The position numbers and the translations under genes were made by a program. A stretch of DNA of 64,000 nucleotides, taken from positions 1 through 64,000 of the forward strand of contig JBJMHS010000045.1 in NCBI GenBank assembly GCA_045807245.1. The letters run 5' to 3'. Of the stretch, positions 20,081 to 31,310 are shown one piece after another; within the stretch, counting starts at the first letter, position 1, and every line of letters starts with the position of its first letter. The notes under the pieces were generated by a model. It was not told the DNA's origin and searched no databases. It saw only the letters and a list, made by a program, of their open reading frames with translations. Source of the DNA: Actinomycetales bacterium (GTDB lineage Bacteria > Actinomycetota > Actinomycetes > Actinomycetales > CAVURS01).

Positions 20081-23000
20081 ATGGCCCTGACCCGTCGTCA
20101 CCGAGCACTCGCCGTACCGCTTATGGCGGTCGGCGCGCTCGTCGTCTCATCGCTCACAGTGGCCGCCGGGAGCGCATCCGGCGCCAGCGGCGGATCCGCG
20201 GGGCTGACCGCGAAGGGCGCCTTGACGCCGGCGAGCCGGGTCCAGGGCGCCAAGTCGACGACAGGGCGGCTGGCCCAGTCCGACCGGGCCCTCCTCAAGC
20301 GCACTGACTCCGGCCTGGTCAACGTCGTGGTCAAGCTCGACTACGACGCGACGGCGAGCTACGCCGGCAACCTGCGCGGGCTGGCAGCGACCAGCCCGCG
20401 GGTCACCGGCAGGCAGCTCACCGGCCGGTCGGCGGCCGAAACGGCGTACGAGGCCTACACCAAGGGCATCGATGCGAAGTTCCGCGCCGACGTCGCCCGC
20501 AAGATCACGCGCGCGGCCCTCGGACGCAGCCTGACTCGGGTCTACGGCGGCGTGGCGATGCGGCTGCCGGCCAACCAGGTCAAGACGCTGCTCACGCTGG
20601 CGAACGTGGCCGCCGTGCAGGCCGACTCCCTCAACCAGCCGCAGACCGCGAACGAGGGCCCCCAGTTCATCGGGGCGCCGGCCCTCTGGTCCAAGGAAGG
20701 CGGTCAGGCCAACGCGGGCCAGGGCGTCATCTTCGCCGATCTCGACTCCGGGATCTGGCCCGAGCACCCCATGCTCGGCGACTACGGAAACCTGTCGGCG
20801 CCACCACCGACGTCGGGCGGCTCCCCGCGGGCGTGCGACTTCGGCGACAACCCGCTGACGCCGGCCAGCGACGTGTTCGCCTGCAACAACAAGGTCATCG
20901 GCGGCCAGCCGTTCCTCAACACCTACAACGCGATCGTCGGCGGTGAGGTGTACCCGGACAGCGCCCGGGACAGCAACGGCCACGGCACCCATACGACGAC
21001 GACAGCGGCCGGCGAGAGCGTCGCCTCCGCGCCCATCCTCGGCATCGACCGCGGACCGGCCACCGGCGTCGCGCCTGGCGCCTGGGTCATGGAGTACAAG
21101 GTGTGCGGGGTCAAGGGGTGCTTCGGGTCCGACAGTGCAGCTGCAGTCCAGCAGGCGGTCATCGACGGCGCCGACGTCATCAACTTCTCGATCAGTGGCG
21201 GCAGCGACCCCTTCAGCGACCCGGTCGAGCTCGCGTTCCTCGACGCGTACGCCGCCGGGGTCACCGTGGCGGCGTCGGCCGGCAACGCCGGGCCCGGTGC
21301 GGCGACGACCGACCACCACTCCCCATGGGTCATCACCGTGGCGGCCTCCACCCAGACCCGCGAGTTCCGGTCGACCCTGACCGTGACGAGCGGAGCGGAC
21401 ACGGCCACATTCGTCGGGTCCTCGCTCACCAACGGGGTGGCGAGCCCGCTGCCGGTCGTCCTGGCCAGCACCGCGCCGTACTCCGACATCTTCTGCGGCC
21501 ACCCGGCACCCGCCGGCCTGTTCACGGGCAAGATCGTCGCCTGCCAGCGCGGCGGGACGAACGCGGACGGCCCCATCGGTCGCGTCCAGAAGGGCTTCAA
21601 CGTCCGGATGGGTGGTGCCGCGGGCATGATCCTGTTCAACAGCCCGCTGGCCGACACCGAGACCGACAACCATTGGCTCCCGGCGGTGCACCTGGCCGAT
21701 GGCGCGGCGTTGCTGGCCTTCCTGGCCGCGCACCCGAGCACCACGGCGTCCTTCACTGCGGGCGCCGCGGCGAGCGGGCCGGGCGACGTCATGGCGTCGT
21801 TCTCCTCGCGCGGCCCCGGTGGACTGTTCCTGAAGCCGGACATCACCGCACCCGGCGTGCAGGTGCTGGCCGGCAACACGCCGACGCCGGACGAGATCTC
21901 GGCCGGTCCCCCCGGCCAGCTGTTCCAGGCGATCGCCGGCACGTCGATGTCGGCTCCGCACATCGCAGGCTCGGCGATCCTGCTCAAAGCGCTGCACCCC
22001 ACCTGGGGCCCGGGCGCCGTCAAGTCGGCCATGATGACGACCGCGAAGGGCGGCGTCGTGAAGGAGGACCTCACCACTCCGGCCGACCCCTTCGACGACG
22101 GTTCCGGGCGGGTGGACCTGACCAAGGCCGGCAACGCCGCGGTGGTGTTCGAGGACTCCGGCACGAACATGGCAACCAAGGGCAACAACGCTCTGCTGGC
22201 TCCCAGCGTGAACATCGCCTCGGTGAACCTGCCGACCATGTCCGGCAGTGCGAAGGTGCTGCGCACGGCGCGCAACGTCTCCGGCAAGGCGTACCCGTTC
22301 ACCGTCCAGACGACCGCTCCGGCGGGCGCCAAGATCACGGTGATGCCGAAGTCGGGCACCATCGCGAAGAACGGGTCGCGGACCTTCACCATCACGGTGA
22401 CGTCCACCGGCACCGGTCAGCAGTTCGGCGAGGTCAGGTTGGGGTCAGCGGGCACGCCGACTCTCCATCTGCCGGTGGCCTGGTTCAACCAGCAGGGCAT
22501 CGTCACGCTGTCGCAGTCCTGCGGCACCGAGACCCTGCCGGTGAACGGTACGACGACGTGCACGGTGACCGCGCAGAACAACTCGCTCAGTGACGCCGCC
22601 ATGACCGCGACGTCCGAGGTCACGAACGGACTGCGCATCACCTCGGCCGACGGGGCCACCGTGGCCGGCAACCACAAGAACGCGACCACGGGTCCGGTGC
22701 ACCTGGCGGGAGGGCGGGACGCGACACCGTCGATCGGGGCCGGGGCGCTCTTCGGCTACATCCCGTTGGACGCGTTCGGAACCACGCCCAATCCGGTCGG
22801 GGACGAGGACGCGTTGAACTTCAACGTCCCGGCGTTCGTGTTCGGCGGGCAGTCGTACAACCGCATCGGCGCGACGTCGGACGGGTACCTCGTCCTGGGC
22901 GGGGGGAACGGCGCGCAGGACATCCAGTTCGAACCGCAGACCCTGCCCGACCCGGCTCGGCCCAACGGCGTGCTCGCGCCGTACTGGACCGACCTGGACG

Positions 23001-23428
23001 GTGACGGCGCACCCGGGATCATGGTCAACGTCCTGAGCGACGGCGTGAACAGCTGGCTCGTCGTCGAGTGGCGGCTGAGAGTCTTCGGCACCACGAGCCT
23101 CCGGACGTTCCAGACCTGGATCGGGGTCGACGGCACGGAGGACATCACTTACGCGTTCGACCCGTCCGCGCTGCAAGGCGCCCCGGGTCAGGACCTGACC
23201 GTCGGCGTGGAGAACGTCACGGGGACCGGCGGGCAGCAGATCGCCGGTGCCCCGACGGAGGACCTGCGGGTCACGACCACTCCGCCGAGCGCAGGTGAGT
23301 CCTTCAGCTACACCCTGGGCCTGCGGGGTGTGACTGTCGGGAACCAGTCGCTGAAGACATCGATGCAGTCCGACCTGACCTTGGGCTCGACAGTCGTGTC
23401 GACCCCGGTCAGGGTGACCGCTCACTAG
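20081..23428 (+). CDS. Secreted S8 subtilase (I9 propeptide, PA domain, Fn3-like and extra C-terminal beta domains), 1115 aa
   Basis: Signal peptide; triad DLDSGIWP / HGTHT / [30 protein letters not shown] insert; [15 protein letters not shown]. Confidence 0.9.
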   Translation: MALTRRHRALAVPLMAVGALVVSSLTVAAGSASGASGGSAGLTAKGALTPASRVQGAKSTTGRLAQSDRALLKRTDSGLVNVVVKLDYDATASYAGNLRGLAATSPRVTGRQLTGRSAAETAYEAYTKGIDAKFRADVARKITRAALGRSLTRVYGGVAMRLPANQVKTLLTLANVAAVQADSLNQPQTANEGPQFIGAPALWSKEGGQANAGQGVIFADLDSGIWPEHPMLGDYGNLSAPPPTSGGSPRACDFGDNPLTPASDVFACNNKVIGGQPFLNTYNAIVGGEVYPDSARDSNGHGTHTTTTAAGESVASAPILGIDRGPATGVAPGAWVMEYKVCGVKGCFGSDSAAAVQQAVIDGADVINFSISGGSDPFSDPVELAFLDAYAAGVTVAASAGNAGPGAATTDHHSPWVITVAASTQTREFRSTLTVTSGADTATFVGSSLTNGVASPLPVVLASTAPYSDIFCGHPAPAGLFTGKIVACQRGGTNADGPIGRVQKGFNVRMGGAAGMILFNSPLADTETDNHWLPAVHLADGAALLAFLAAHPSTTASFTAGAAASGPGDVMASFSSRGPGGLFLKPDITAPGVQVLAGNTPTPDEISAGPPGQLFQAIAGTSMSAPHIAGSAILLKALHPTWGPGAVKSAMMTTAKGGVVKEDLTTPADPFDDGSGRVDLTKAGNAAVVFEDSGTNMATKGNNALLAPSVNIASVNLPTMSGSAKVLRTARNVSGKAYPFTVQTTAPAGAKITVMPKSGTIAKNGSRTFTITVTSTGTGQQFGEVRLGSAGTPTLHLPVAWFNQQGIVTLSQSCGTETLPVNGTTTCTVTAQNNSLSDAAMTATSEVTNGLRITSADGATVAGNHKNATTGPVHLAGGRDATPSIGAGALFGYIPLDAFGTTPNPVGDEDALNFNVPAFVFGGQSYNRIGATSDGYLVLGGGNGAQDIQFEPQTLPDPARPNGVLAPYWTDLDGDGAPGIMVNVLSDGVNSWLVVEWRLRVFGTTSLRTFQTWIGVDGTEDITYAFDPSALQGAPGQDLTVGVENVTGTGGQQIAGAPTEDLRVTTTPPSAGESFSYTLGLRGVTVGNQSLKTSMQSDLTLGSTVVSTPVRVTAH

Positions 23429-23443
23429 ACCGGCCGGGAACCG

Positions 23444-23491
23444 GAGAAGGACTGCGGGCCAAGGGAAATCCCTTGGCCCGCAGTCCTTCTC
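23444..23491. terminator. Long perfect inverted repeat between convergent S8 and hpt genes (bidirectional terminator candidate)
   Basis: GAGAAGGACTGCGGGCCAAGGGA-AA-TCCCTTGGCCCGCAGTCCTTCTC. Confidence 0.8.
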
Positions 23492-24041
23492 AGCTGTAGA
23501 CGTGCGGTGCGAGCGTCCCGACGAACGGAAGGTTGCGGTACTTCTGGTCGTAGTCCAGGCCGTAGCCGATGACGAACTCGCTGGGTATGTCGAACCCGAC
23601 GTACGACGCCTCGATGTCGACCTTCGCGGCCTCGGGCTTGCGCAGGAGGGCCGCGATCTTGAGCGACTTCGGCTCGCGCGAGCCGAGGTTGGCCATGAGC
23701 CACGACAGCGTCAGACCGGAGTCGACGATGTCTTCGACGACCAGCACGTTGCGGCCCAGGATGTCGGTGTCCAGGTCCTTGAGGATGCGCACGACGCCGC
23801 TGGACTTCGTGCCGGACCCGTACGACGAGATGGCCATCCAGTCCATCTCGACCGGTGTGTGCAGCTTGCGGGCCAGGTCGGCCATGACCATGACCGCGCC
23901 CTTGAGGACACCGATCAGGAGGATCTCCTCGCCCGCGTAGTCCGCGTCGATCTCGGCGGCCATCTGGCCGAGCCGCTCGTCGAGCTGCTCCTTGGTGAAG
24001 AGGATCTTCTCCAGGTCCTCGCCCATGTCGTACTCGTCCAC
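23490..24041 (-). CDS. hpt: Hypoxanthine phosphoribosyltransferase
   Basis: GVLKGA, SSYGSGTKSSG, VLVVEDIVDSGLTL, FVIGYGLDY. Confidence 0.96.
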   Translation of the reverse strand: MDEYDMGEDLEKILFTKEQLDERLGQMAAEIDADYAGEEILLIGVLKGAVMVMADLARKLHTPVEMDWMAISSYGSGTKSSGVVRILKDLDTDILGRNVLVVEDIVDSGLTLSWLMANLGSREPKSLKIAALLRKPEAAKVDIEASYVGFDIPSEFVIGYGLDYDQKYRNLPFVGTLAPHVYS

Positions 24042-24045
24042 GGCG

Positions 24046-25119
24046 CTACTCCTCGGCGATGTCCGGCGCGGCTGTGTCGCGGTTGATGTCGGGGGCGATG
24101 AGGAGCCTGCCACAGTCCCGTACGCCGTGGAGCGGGCCGGGCAGGTCGACCGGTCCCTGGCCGTGCCACGCGGTCACCAGGGCGTCCAGCGCCGCGAGAT
24201 GGGTGGAGCTCAGGTCCGGTGGCCGCGCGCCCGCGGCGAGCGCAGCTCGGCGCAGCACCCGCAGGCGCACGGCCGCCGGCAGGCCGGCCAGAGCGGCGCA
24301 GTCCAGCCCGGGTGCGTCGCCAGGTAAGAGCAGCGCGTCGTACTCACGCGCCGCCCAGGTCTCGAGCGCCTCGTCGTCGGCGCGCAGCAGCTCGGCGCTG
24401 CGGGCGAGGCCGGTACGCACCCCACTCCCGAGCTGCTCGGCCACGTCGCTGACCAGCCGCCGAGCGCGGGCCCGGGCGTAGGCCGGATCCACGTTGTGGG
24501 GGTCGGCCCAGGGGGCCAAGCCGAGCTCGGCACAGGCCTTGGCGGTCGTCTCCCGGCTCAGCCGGAGGAACGGTCTCCGGTAGATCCCGCGGCGGGCCGG
24601 CATCCCGGACAGGGAACGTGCGCCGGACCCGCGCAGCAGGCCGAGCAGGACCGACTCCGCCTGGTCGTCGGAGGTGTGACCGAGCAGGACGGCCATCGCT
24701 CCTCGCCGGGCAGCGGCCGCGTCCAACGCGCCGTACCGAGCCGCCCGAGCCGCCGCCTCCGGACCGTCACCTGCGGTGGCGGTGACGCGGACGGTCAGCA
24801 CCTCGACGGGGTCAAGGCCCAGCTCCGTCGCCGTCCGCGCCGCGCCAGCGGCCACCTCCGCCGACCCGGCCTGCAGCTGGTGGTCCACGACGACGGCACC
24901 GGCGCGCACCCCGAGCTGTTGGGCGACGAAGGCGGTCGCCGACGCCAGGGCGAGGCTGTCCGGACCGCCGCTGCAGGCGACCAGCACAGGTGCGGCCGGG
25001 CCGGCCTCACTCGTCGGGCCTGTCCGGCCTGTCGAGCCGGCCGCGTCGGCCAGGTCGGCGAGCGCGCGGCGTACCGCGTCGCGGGTCGCGAGCCCGGCCG
25101 GCCCGACCCGCCCGTCCAT
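24046..25119 (-). CDS. tilS: tRNA(Ile)-lysidine synthetase
   Basis: VACSGGPDS, VDHQLQ, EAAARAARY, GHTSDDQAES, DPHN. Confidence 0.94.
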   Translation of the reverse strand: MDGRVGPAGLATRDAVRRALADLADAAGSTGRTGPTSEAGPAAPVLVACSGGPDSLALASATAFVAQQLGVRAGAVVVDHQLQAGSAEVAAGAARTATELGLDPVEVLTVRVTATAGDGPEAAARAARYGALDAAAARRGAMAVLLGHTSDDQAESVLLGLLRGSGARSLSGMPARRGIYRRPFLRLSRETTAKACAELGLAPWADPHNVDPAYARARARRLVSDVAEQLGSGVRTGLARSAELLRADDEALETWAAREYDALLLPGDAPGLDCAALAGLPAAVRLRVLRRAALAAGARPPDLSSTHLAALDALVTAWHGQGPVDLPGPLHGVRDCGRLLIAPDINRDTAAPDIAEE

Positions 25120-25129
25120 GCCGTCCCGG

Positions 25130-26221
25130 CTAGCCGTGGACCCGGGCCAGCCAGGCCTTCGGGTCCTCGATCTCAGCCGGCAGCGGCAGGCTCTCCGGCG
25201 AGGCCCAGACCCGGTTGAAGCCGTCCATCCCGACGGCGTCCACCGCCGCGCGCACGAAGCGCGCGCCGTCGCGGTACTGGCGCATCTTGGCCTCGAGCCC
25301 GAGCAGCCGCCGCAACAGCCGGTCCACCCCGCCACTCATGCCGCCCCGCCCGGCCCGCCGGGCCTGGAAGCGCGAGCGGATCTGCTCGACCGACCCGACC
25401 ACCTCGGGCCCGACGTCGTCCATGACCACGTCCGCGTGACCCTCCAGCAGTGACATGACGGCCGTCAGCCGGGCCATCCGGGCCCGTTGCTCCGGTGTCG
25501 CCAGGATCTCCGCGAGCGAACCGCCCTCGCCGCGCAGGACGTCGGGCACCGCGCGGGCCAGCTCCTCGACCCGGCGCCCGAGCGAGGACGGGTCCGGCAG
25601 CAGGTCGGCCGCGAGACCTTGGGCCTCGCCGAGGACGAAGTCACGCAGCCACGGCACGGCGGTGAACTGCACGCGGTGCGTCTCCTCGTGCAGGCACACC
25701 CAGAGCCGGAAGTCGGACGGTACGACGTTCAGCTCGCGCTCGACCGAGACGACGTTGGGCGCCACGAGCAGCAGGCGCGGCTCGGCGCCGGGCGCGATGT
25801 CGTACTGCCCGAGCACCTTGCCGGACAGCAGGGCGAGCAGGCCTCCCGCCTCGGCACCGGTCACCTTGCTGCCCATCGAGGCCACGAGCGCGGACGGCGA
25901 CCGCTTCTCAGTGAGCCGGTCGACGACCGGCTCGAGCATGGCGCGCAGCATGGCCAGGTTCGCGTCGATCCACCCGGGACGGTCGACGACGAGCACCTTG
26001 GCCTGCGCGGCCGGTGCGTCGAGCCGGGTCACTCGAGCCACATGCGCCCGGGCGACCGCGGCGTCCTCGCGCAGCTCGGCGACGACGGCCGCGGCCTCGT
26101 CCGGGGAGACCTCGGGACCCGGCCGGGTCAGGCGCCGCGCTGTCGCCGACGCGACTCCCCAGTCGACCAGCTGGTCGACGGCGGGCGCCGCGGCCGCAGC
26201 AGACGTGGCGCCTCCGGTCAT
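25130..26221 (-). CDS. Zincin-like metalloprotease (DUF2342 family)
   Basis: VDRPGWIDAN, VLGQYD, LHEETHRVQF, MSLLEGHAD, KMRQYRDG. Confidence 0.88.
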   Translation of the reverse strand: MTGGATSAAAAAPAVDQLVDWGVASATARRLTRPGPEVSPDEAAAVVAELREDAAVARAHVARVTRLDAPAAQAKVLVVDRPGWIDANLAMLRAMLEPVVDRLTEKRSPSALVASMGSKVTGAEAGGLLALLSGKVLGQYDIAPGAEPRLLLVAPNVVSVERELNVVPSDFRLWVCLHEETHRVQFTAVPWLRDFVLGEAQGLAADLLPDPSSLGRRVEELARAVPDVLRGEGGSLAEILATPEQRARMARLTAVMSLLEGHADVVMDDVGPEVVGSVEQIRSRFQARRAGRGGMSGGVDRLLRRLLGLEAKMRQYRDGARFVRAAVDAVGMDGFNRVWASPESLPLPAEIEDPKAWLARVHG

Positions 26222-26240
26222 GGCCCCACCGTACGGCGCG

Positions 26241-27647
26241 CTAGCGGCAGCCGCAGGCGGCGAGCACGGCGGCCGCCCGGTCGACCAGGTCGGCCGCGGA
26301 CCCCTGGGCCGCGGTCCGGTGGTCGGCCATGAACGCGAACGCCAGCAGCCGGCCGTCCGCGTCGACCGTGACTCCGGCCAGCGTGTTCACCCCTTTGAGC
26401 GTGCCGGTCTTGGCTCGGGTCACCCCCGCTGCGAGGGCGGTACTCCTGTCGTCGAACCGATGCACGAGCGTGCCGCTGAACCCGGCGACGGGCAGGCCCG
26501 AGAACAGGGGTCGCAGCTGCGGACGGCCACTGCCGGCGGCCTTGGCCAGCAGCGCCGTCAGCGTCTGGGGTGCGATCAGGTCGGAGCGGGCCAGGCCGCT
26601 CCCGTCGTACAGCCGGATCCCGGCCACCGGCACACCGAGCTCGGCCGCAACGTGGACGTCGTGCGCCGCGGCTCCCGCGAAGCTCCCCACGCCACCAGCG
26701 GCGTGGGCCGCCAGCCGGGCCAGCACCTCGGCCTCGGTGTTGTCGCTCGTGAGCAGCGTCCACGAGACCAGGTCGCCGAGCGGCGCGGACTGCACCACGC
26801 CGAGGGTCGCGGCGGAGGCAGCCGCGACCATGCGGGTCGGCGCGCCCGTGACGCTCACACCCGCGCGGCGCAGCGCCGTGACGAACACCTGGGCCGTGGC
26901 CAACGACGGGTCGGCCGGTGCCGCGTGGCCGAACCGCGACGCCCGCGAGGCCAGGCCCAGGGCCGTCACCGGTCCCACCATCCCGAGCCGCCAGTCGCTC
27001 GAGACCCAGCGTGGGTTGAGGGTGGGGCCGCTGAACATCGAGTCGTCGAACCCGACCGAGACGGCCTGAACTCCCTTGTCCTGCAACGACTTTGCCGTCA
27101 TCATGGCCAGGTCGCCGAGCCCGGCCCGCCCGAGCACGGCAGTCGGCGAGCCCTTCCCGACGGCCAGCTGCGTGTCGCCGCCACCCACCAGAACGACCTG
27201 ACCGGCCGTCGTACCCTGCACCACCTTCGTGGGCAGCGTCATGTCGGGAGACATCGCGCTCAACGTCGCCACCGCGGTGAGCAGCTTGGTCGTCGAGGCT
27301 GGCGTGTGCGGCGTCGAGCCGCGGGTCGAGTACAGCACCTGGCCGGTGAGCGCGTCGACCACCGACGCCCCACCTCCGGAGCCGAACGCCTTGGTCGTCG
27401 CGGCCAGCCGCGCGGCCAGGACCGAGGGCACGGGCAGAGGGGCTGCGGCGGAGGGGTCGGCGAGCACGGGACCCAGCGTCGAGGTCGGCGGGTAGGTGGC
27501 CGAGGGAGTGGGCGGGGCCGGGTCCACGGCCGCGACGCGTGGGCTCAGCGTGAGGACCCCCGGTACGGCGTCCTCGGCGTCAGCGACCGCGTAGCCGGCG
27601 AGCAGGGCGACGAGGACCGACCCGCCGATCAGGAGGCGGCGGCGCAC
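26241..27647 (-). CDS. dacB: D-Ala-D-Ala carboxypeptidase/endopeptidase (PBP4, peptidase S13)
   Basis: PASTTKL (SxxK), GGGD, SDN, DGSGL, AKTGTL. Confidence 0.93.
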   Translation of the reverse strand: MRRRLLIGGSVLVALLAGYAVADAEDAVPGVLTLSPRVAAVDPAPPTPSATYPPTSTLGPVLADPSAAAPLPVPSVLAARLAATTKAFGSGGGASVVDALTGQVLYSTRGSTPHTPASTTKLLTAVATLSAMSPDMTLPTKVVQGTTAGQVVLVGGGDTQLAVGKGSPTAVLGRAGLGDLAMMTAKSLQDKGVQAVSVGFDDSMFSGPTLNPRWVSSDWRLGMVGPVTALGLASRASRFGHAAPADPSLATAQVFVTALRRAGVSVTGAPTRMVAAASAATLGVVQSAPLGDLVSWTLLTSDNTEAEVLARLAAHAAGGVGSFAGAAAHDVHVAAELGVPVAGIRLYDGSGLARSDLIAPQTLTALLAKAAGSGRPQLRPLFSGLPVAGFSGTLVHRFDDRSTALAAGVTRAKTGTLKGVNTLAGVTVDADGRLLAFAFMADHRTAAQGSAADLVDRAAAVLAACGCR

Positions 27648-27805
27648 TGACCCCCCTCGTGTGACATCGCAGTGCCTGCGGGAGACTGACGGCTGGCATG
27701 GCGGCCGTCCCGGTGGCAGCCGCCGCGGCCGGGCCGTCCGAACGTCGGGAGAATAGCCGTCGTGGCTGAGGGCACCGGGCGCAGCAACGGCGGCGAGGAG
27801 GCTCC

Positions 27806-28315
27806 GTGGAGTTCGACGTCCTGGTCGAGATCCCCAAGGGACAGCGCAACAAGTACGAGCTGGACCACAAGACCGGCCGGATCCGGCTCGACCGGATGCT
27901 CTTCACCTCGACTCGGTACCCGCACGACTACGGCTTCATCGAGGGCACCCTCGGCCTGGACGGAGACCCGCTGGACGCGCTGGTCCTGCTGGAGGAGCCG
28001 ACCTTCCCCGGCTGCCTGATCCGCTGCCGGGCCATCGGCATGTTCCGGATGACCGACGAGGCCGGCGGCGACGACAAGGTGCTCTGCGTCCCCGCGACGG
28101 ACCCGAGGGTCGAGCACCTGCGCGACATCATCCACGTGCCGGAGTTCGACAAGCTCGAGATCCAGCACTTCTTCGAGGTCTACAAGGACCTCGAGCCGGG
28201 CAAGTCGGTCGAGGGCGCCACCTGGGTCGGCCGCTTCGAGGCCGAGGAGGAGATTCGCCAGTCGTACGCCCGGGAGCGGGAGCAGGTCGCGCAGGCCGAG
28301 GCGGAGACGACCTAG
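27806..28315 (+). CDS. ppa: Inorganic pyrophosphatase, family I
   Basis: [44 protein letters not shown]. Confidence 0.97.
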   Translation: MEFDVLVEIPKGQRNKYELDHKTGRIRLDRMLFTSTRYPHDYGFIEGTLGLDGDPLDALVLLEEPTFPGCLIRCRAIGMFRMTDEAGGDDKVLCVPATDPRVEHLRDIIHVPEFDKLEIQHFFEVYKDLEPGKSVEGATWVGRFEAEEEIRQSYAREREQVAQAEAETT

Positions 28316-28327
28316 CGGGTACGACGC

Positions 28328-29614
28328 TCAGGGGCGCCCGGCGTACGCCATCAGGCCGGACCGCCAGATCGAGGAGATCCGGACCTGGGCACCGGTGTGC
28401 GGCGCCTCGATCATCCGGCCGCCGCCGATGTAGATCGCGACGTGGTGGATGGAGCCGGGGCTCGACGTGTTGTTGGCGAAGAAGACCAGGTCGCCCGGCC
28501 GCGCCTGGGACACCGGCACGTGCTCGGTCATCTCGTACTGCGCGACCGAGTAGTGCGGGAGGTAGACGCCGGCCTGCTGCCAGGCCCGCATGGTCAGGCC
28601 GGAGCAGTCGAACCGGCTCGGGCCGGCGGCGCCCCAGAGGTACCACTTGCCGAGCTGGTCGTAGGCGTACGCGACCGCGACCCGGCCACCCGCCGCCGTA
28701 CCGACGGACGAGCCCCCGCCGCCGCCACCGCCGCCACCGCCGCTACCGCCACCGCTGCCGGCGGCGGCCCGCTCGGCGGCCAGCCGGGCGGCGCGGGCGC
28801 GGGCCGCGGCCCGGGCCTTGGCCAGACCGGCCTGGCGCTGCTTGGCGAGAGTCACGGAGATGTGCTGCAACGTGGCCAGCTCGGCCACCAGCTTGGTCTG
28901 CTGCTTGGCGACCGCGATCTTCTTCGCGGCCGCAGCCGCCTGCTGCGCCTCGGCGGCCTGCTTGGCCTGCTGCGCGGCCTGCGCGGCTGCCTGCTGACGG
29001 GCCAGCGCGACGGCAGCGCGCTGCTGGAGGATCTTGGCCACGACCTTGATCTGGCTGGCTTCGGCGAGCGTCTGCTGCCGGATGCCACTCACGACCTGCA
29101 GCCCCGCGGCGCGGTCGAGGACCTGGTCCGGTCCGCCGGACCCCACCAGGACGGCCAGGTCGCCCAGGCCCCCGCTCATGTACGCCTCGGCGGCCAGCTT
29201 GCCGATCTGGGTCTGCGCGATGCCGGCCTTCTTCGCGGCGGCCGCGGCGTCGGCCTGGGCGGCCTTGGCCGCTTTGGTCGCGTCGGCCAGCCGGCCCATC
29301 TGGTAGTTGTACTGCTCCGCCGCGGCCTCGGCCGCGTTCTGCGCGGCAGCCAGCTCGTCCGCGGCCCGGGCCAGGGCGGCCTGGATCGACGTGACCTGAG
29401 CCGCCTTGCTCCTCGCCGCCTGCTGGGCGGCCTGGACCTTCTTCTTCGACGGGTACGTGGGGTGCGCATCCGCCGGCATCGACGAGGCGAGCACTCCACT
29501 GGCCACCAACGCGACGACCGCGACGGTGGCTCGCCTGCTCCAACGACCGGACCACTGCCGGGTCCAGCGACGGGGGCGCCGCTCCGCCGGCTGGGCTGGG
29601 GTGGGGCTGGACAT
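28328..29614 (-). CDS. Secreted NlpC/P60 peptidoglycan hydrolase with coiled coil
   Basis: Signal peptide, Ala/Gln coiled coil, Gly linker, YLWGAAGPSRFDCSGL, PGDLVFF, HVAIY; start uncertain. Confidence 0.9.
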   Translation of the reverse strand: MSSPTPAQPAERRPRRWTRQWSGRWSRRATVAVVALVASGVLASSMPADAHPTYPSKKKVQAAQQAARSKAAQVTSIQAALARAADELAAAQNAAEAAAEQYNYQMGRLADATKAAKAAQADAAAAAKKAGIAQTQIGKLAAEAYMSGGLGDLAVLVGSGGPDQVLDRAAGLQVVSGIRQQTLAEASQIKVVAKILQQRAAVALARQQAAAQAAQQAKQAAEAQQAAAAAKKIAVAKQQTKLVAELATLQHISVTLAKQRQAGLAKARAAARARAARLAAERAAAGSGGGSGGGGGGGGGGSSVGTAAGGRVAVAYAYDQLGKWYLWGAAGPSRFDCSGLTMRAWQQAGVYLPHYSVAQYEMTEHVPVSQARPGDLVFFANNTSSPGSIHHVAIYIGGGRMIEAPHTGAQVRISSIWRSGLMAYAGRP

Positions 29615-30014
29615 CGGAGCCTCTCGTTCGTGCCCGCACCAACCACTGACTTGTGCCGATCTTCCGACCGGCACGGTGACGCTGCGGGAGCGCGGAAACA
29701 CACAGGGGTGTGGATCGCGCTAGAGGCTAGCCAGAAAGGGGACCCTTTGGGAACAGGAGTCACAGCAGTCCCACGGGGATCATGACGGTCCAGGGCCGTC
29801 CAGTCACGCAGGCGCGCGGAATGACAACGATGTTTTTTTGCAGGTGGGCTGGCGCGTCGCTTCCCGGCCCGACCGAGCACGGCAGAGTGCGAAGTTTCGC
29901 CGAAATTTTTCCTTCGAGACGTCCATCGACTGGACCGAACGGGTGATGAGTGCGGGCACCACCAGCACCATCAGCCACACCAGCACCACGCCGTCCACAG
30001 CCCGGCGCGGCGGC

Positions 30015-31301
30015 CTAGCTGAGGCCGGGATAGAGCGGGAAGGACTCGGCCAAGGCGGTGACCCGCGCCTGCAGGCCCGCCTGCACGGACGCGTCGAAGC
30101 CCGGCAGCAGCGCGGTCGCCACGATGTCCGCCACCTCCGCGAAGGCCGCGTCGTCGAACCCGCGGGTCGCCAGGGCGGGTGTCCCGATCCGCAGCCCGGA
30201 CGTGACCATCGGCGGGCGAGGGTCGAACGGCACGGCGTTGCGGTTCACCGTCACGCCGATGTCGTGCAGCCGGTCCTCCGCGGCCTTGCCGTCGAGCTCG
30301 GAGCTGCGCAGGTCCACGAGGACCAGGTGCACGTCGGTGCCTCCGGTCAGCACGGAGATCCCAGCCGCCTGGACGTCCGGCTGCGACAGCCGTGCCGCCA
30401 GGGTCGCGGCGCCGGCCACCGTCCGGCGCTGCCGCTCGGCGAACTCCTCGCCCGCCGCCACCTTGAAGCTGACCGCCTTGGCGGCGATGACGTGCTCGAG
30501 CGGGCCGCCCTGCAGGCCCGGGAACACCGCGGAGTTGATCTTCTTCGCGATGTCCTCGTCGTCGGTCAGGATGACGCCGCCGCGCGGTCCACCCAGGGTC
30601 TTGTGCGTCGTCGTACTGACCACGTGCGCGTGGGGGATCGGCGAGGGGTGCAGGCCGGTCGCGACGAGGCCGGCGAAGTGCGCCATGTCGACGAACAGCA
30701 GCGCTCCGACCTCGTCGGCGATCTCGCGGAAGCGGGCGAAGTCGAGCTGCCGCGGGTAGGCCGACCAGCCGGCCACGATCATCTTGGGCCGATGCTCGCG
30801 GGCCAGCTCGGCGACCTCGTCCATGTCGACCAGGTGGTCGTCCTTGTTCACGTGGTAGGCGACGACGTTGAGCATCTTGCCGCTGTAGTTGATCCGCATA
30901 CCGTGCGTCAGGTGGCCGCCATGCGCGAGGTCGAGGCCGAGGATGGTGTCGCCCGGCGACAGCAGCGCGAAGTACACGGCGGTGTTGGCGGACGCCCCGG
31001 AGTGCGGCTGGACGTTCGCGAACCGCGCGCCGAACAGGTCGCAGACCCGCTCGATGGCCAGGCGCTCGATGACGTCGACGTACTCGCAGCCGCCGTAGTA
31101 CCGCCGACCCGGATACCCCTCGGCGTACTTGTTGGTCAGAACCGAGCCCTGAGACTGCATCACGGCGACCGGCGTGAAGTTCTCCGACGCGATCATCTCG
31201 AGGGTGTTCTGCTGGCGGTGCAGCTCGTCGCGCATCGCGGCGTCGACCTCGGGGTCGACGACGCTCACCGGGGCGTCCAGGACGGACTGGGGCTCGCTCA
31301 T
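30015..31301 (-). CDS. glyA: Serine hydroxymethyltransferase
   Basis: [56 protein letters not shown]. Confidence 0.97.
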   Translation of the reverse strand: MSEPQSVLDAPVSVVDPEVDAAMRDELHRQQNTLEMIASENFTPVAVMQSQGSVLTNKYAEGYPGRRYYGGCEYVDVIERLAIERVCDLFGARFANVQPHSGASANTAVYFALLSPGDTILGLDLAHGGHLTHGMRINYSGKMLNVVAYHVNKDDHLVDMDEVAELAREHRPKMIVAGWSAYPRQLDFARFREIADEVGALLFVDMAHFAGLVATGLHPSPIPHAHVVSTTTHKTLGGPRGGVILTDDEDIAKKINSAVFPGLQGGPLEHVIAAKAVSFKVAAGEEFAERQRRTVAGAATLAARLSQPDVQAAGISVLTGGTDVHLVLVDLRSSELDGKAAEDRLHDIGVTVNRNAVPFDPRPPMVTSGLRIGTPALATRGFDDAAFAEVADIVATALLPGFDASVQAGLQARVTALAESFPLYPGLS

Positions 31302-31310
31302 GGGGCGAGG

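Noticed and set aside
28711..28760. GCC-rich triplet repeat
   Set aside because: Ordinary poly-Gly linker of the NlpC/P60 protein.
29615..29900. c-di-AMP riboswitch upstream of NlpC/P60
   Set aside because: Conserved ydaO motifs were not found on the minus strand.
29804..29998. Small hydrophobic ORF MDGVVLVWLMVLVVPAL... over a CACCA-rich repeat
   Set aside because: No RBS or clear -10, it runs through a probable promoter region, and low complexity explains the hydrophobicity.
30015..31310. glyA as part of the DGGA/JmjC operon, or under a ZTP riboswitch
   Set aside because: glyA has its own TAGCCT -10 six nt before its ATG, and the 9-nt gap leaves no room for a riboswitch; read-through cannot be excluded.
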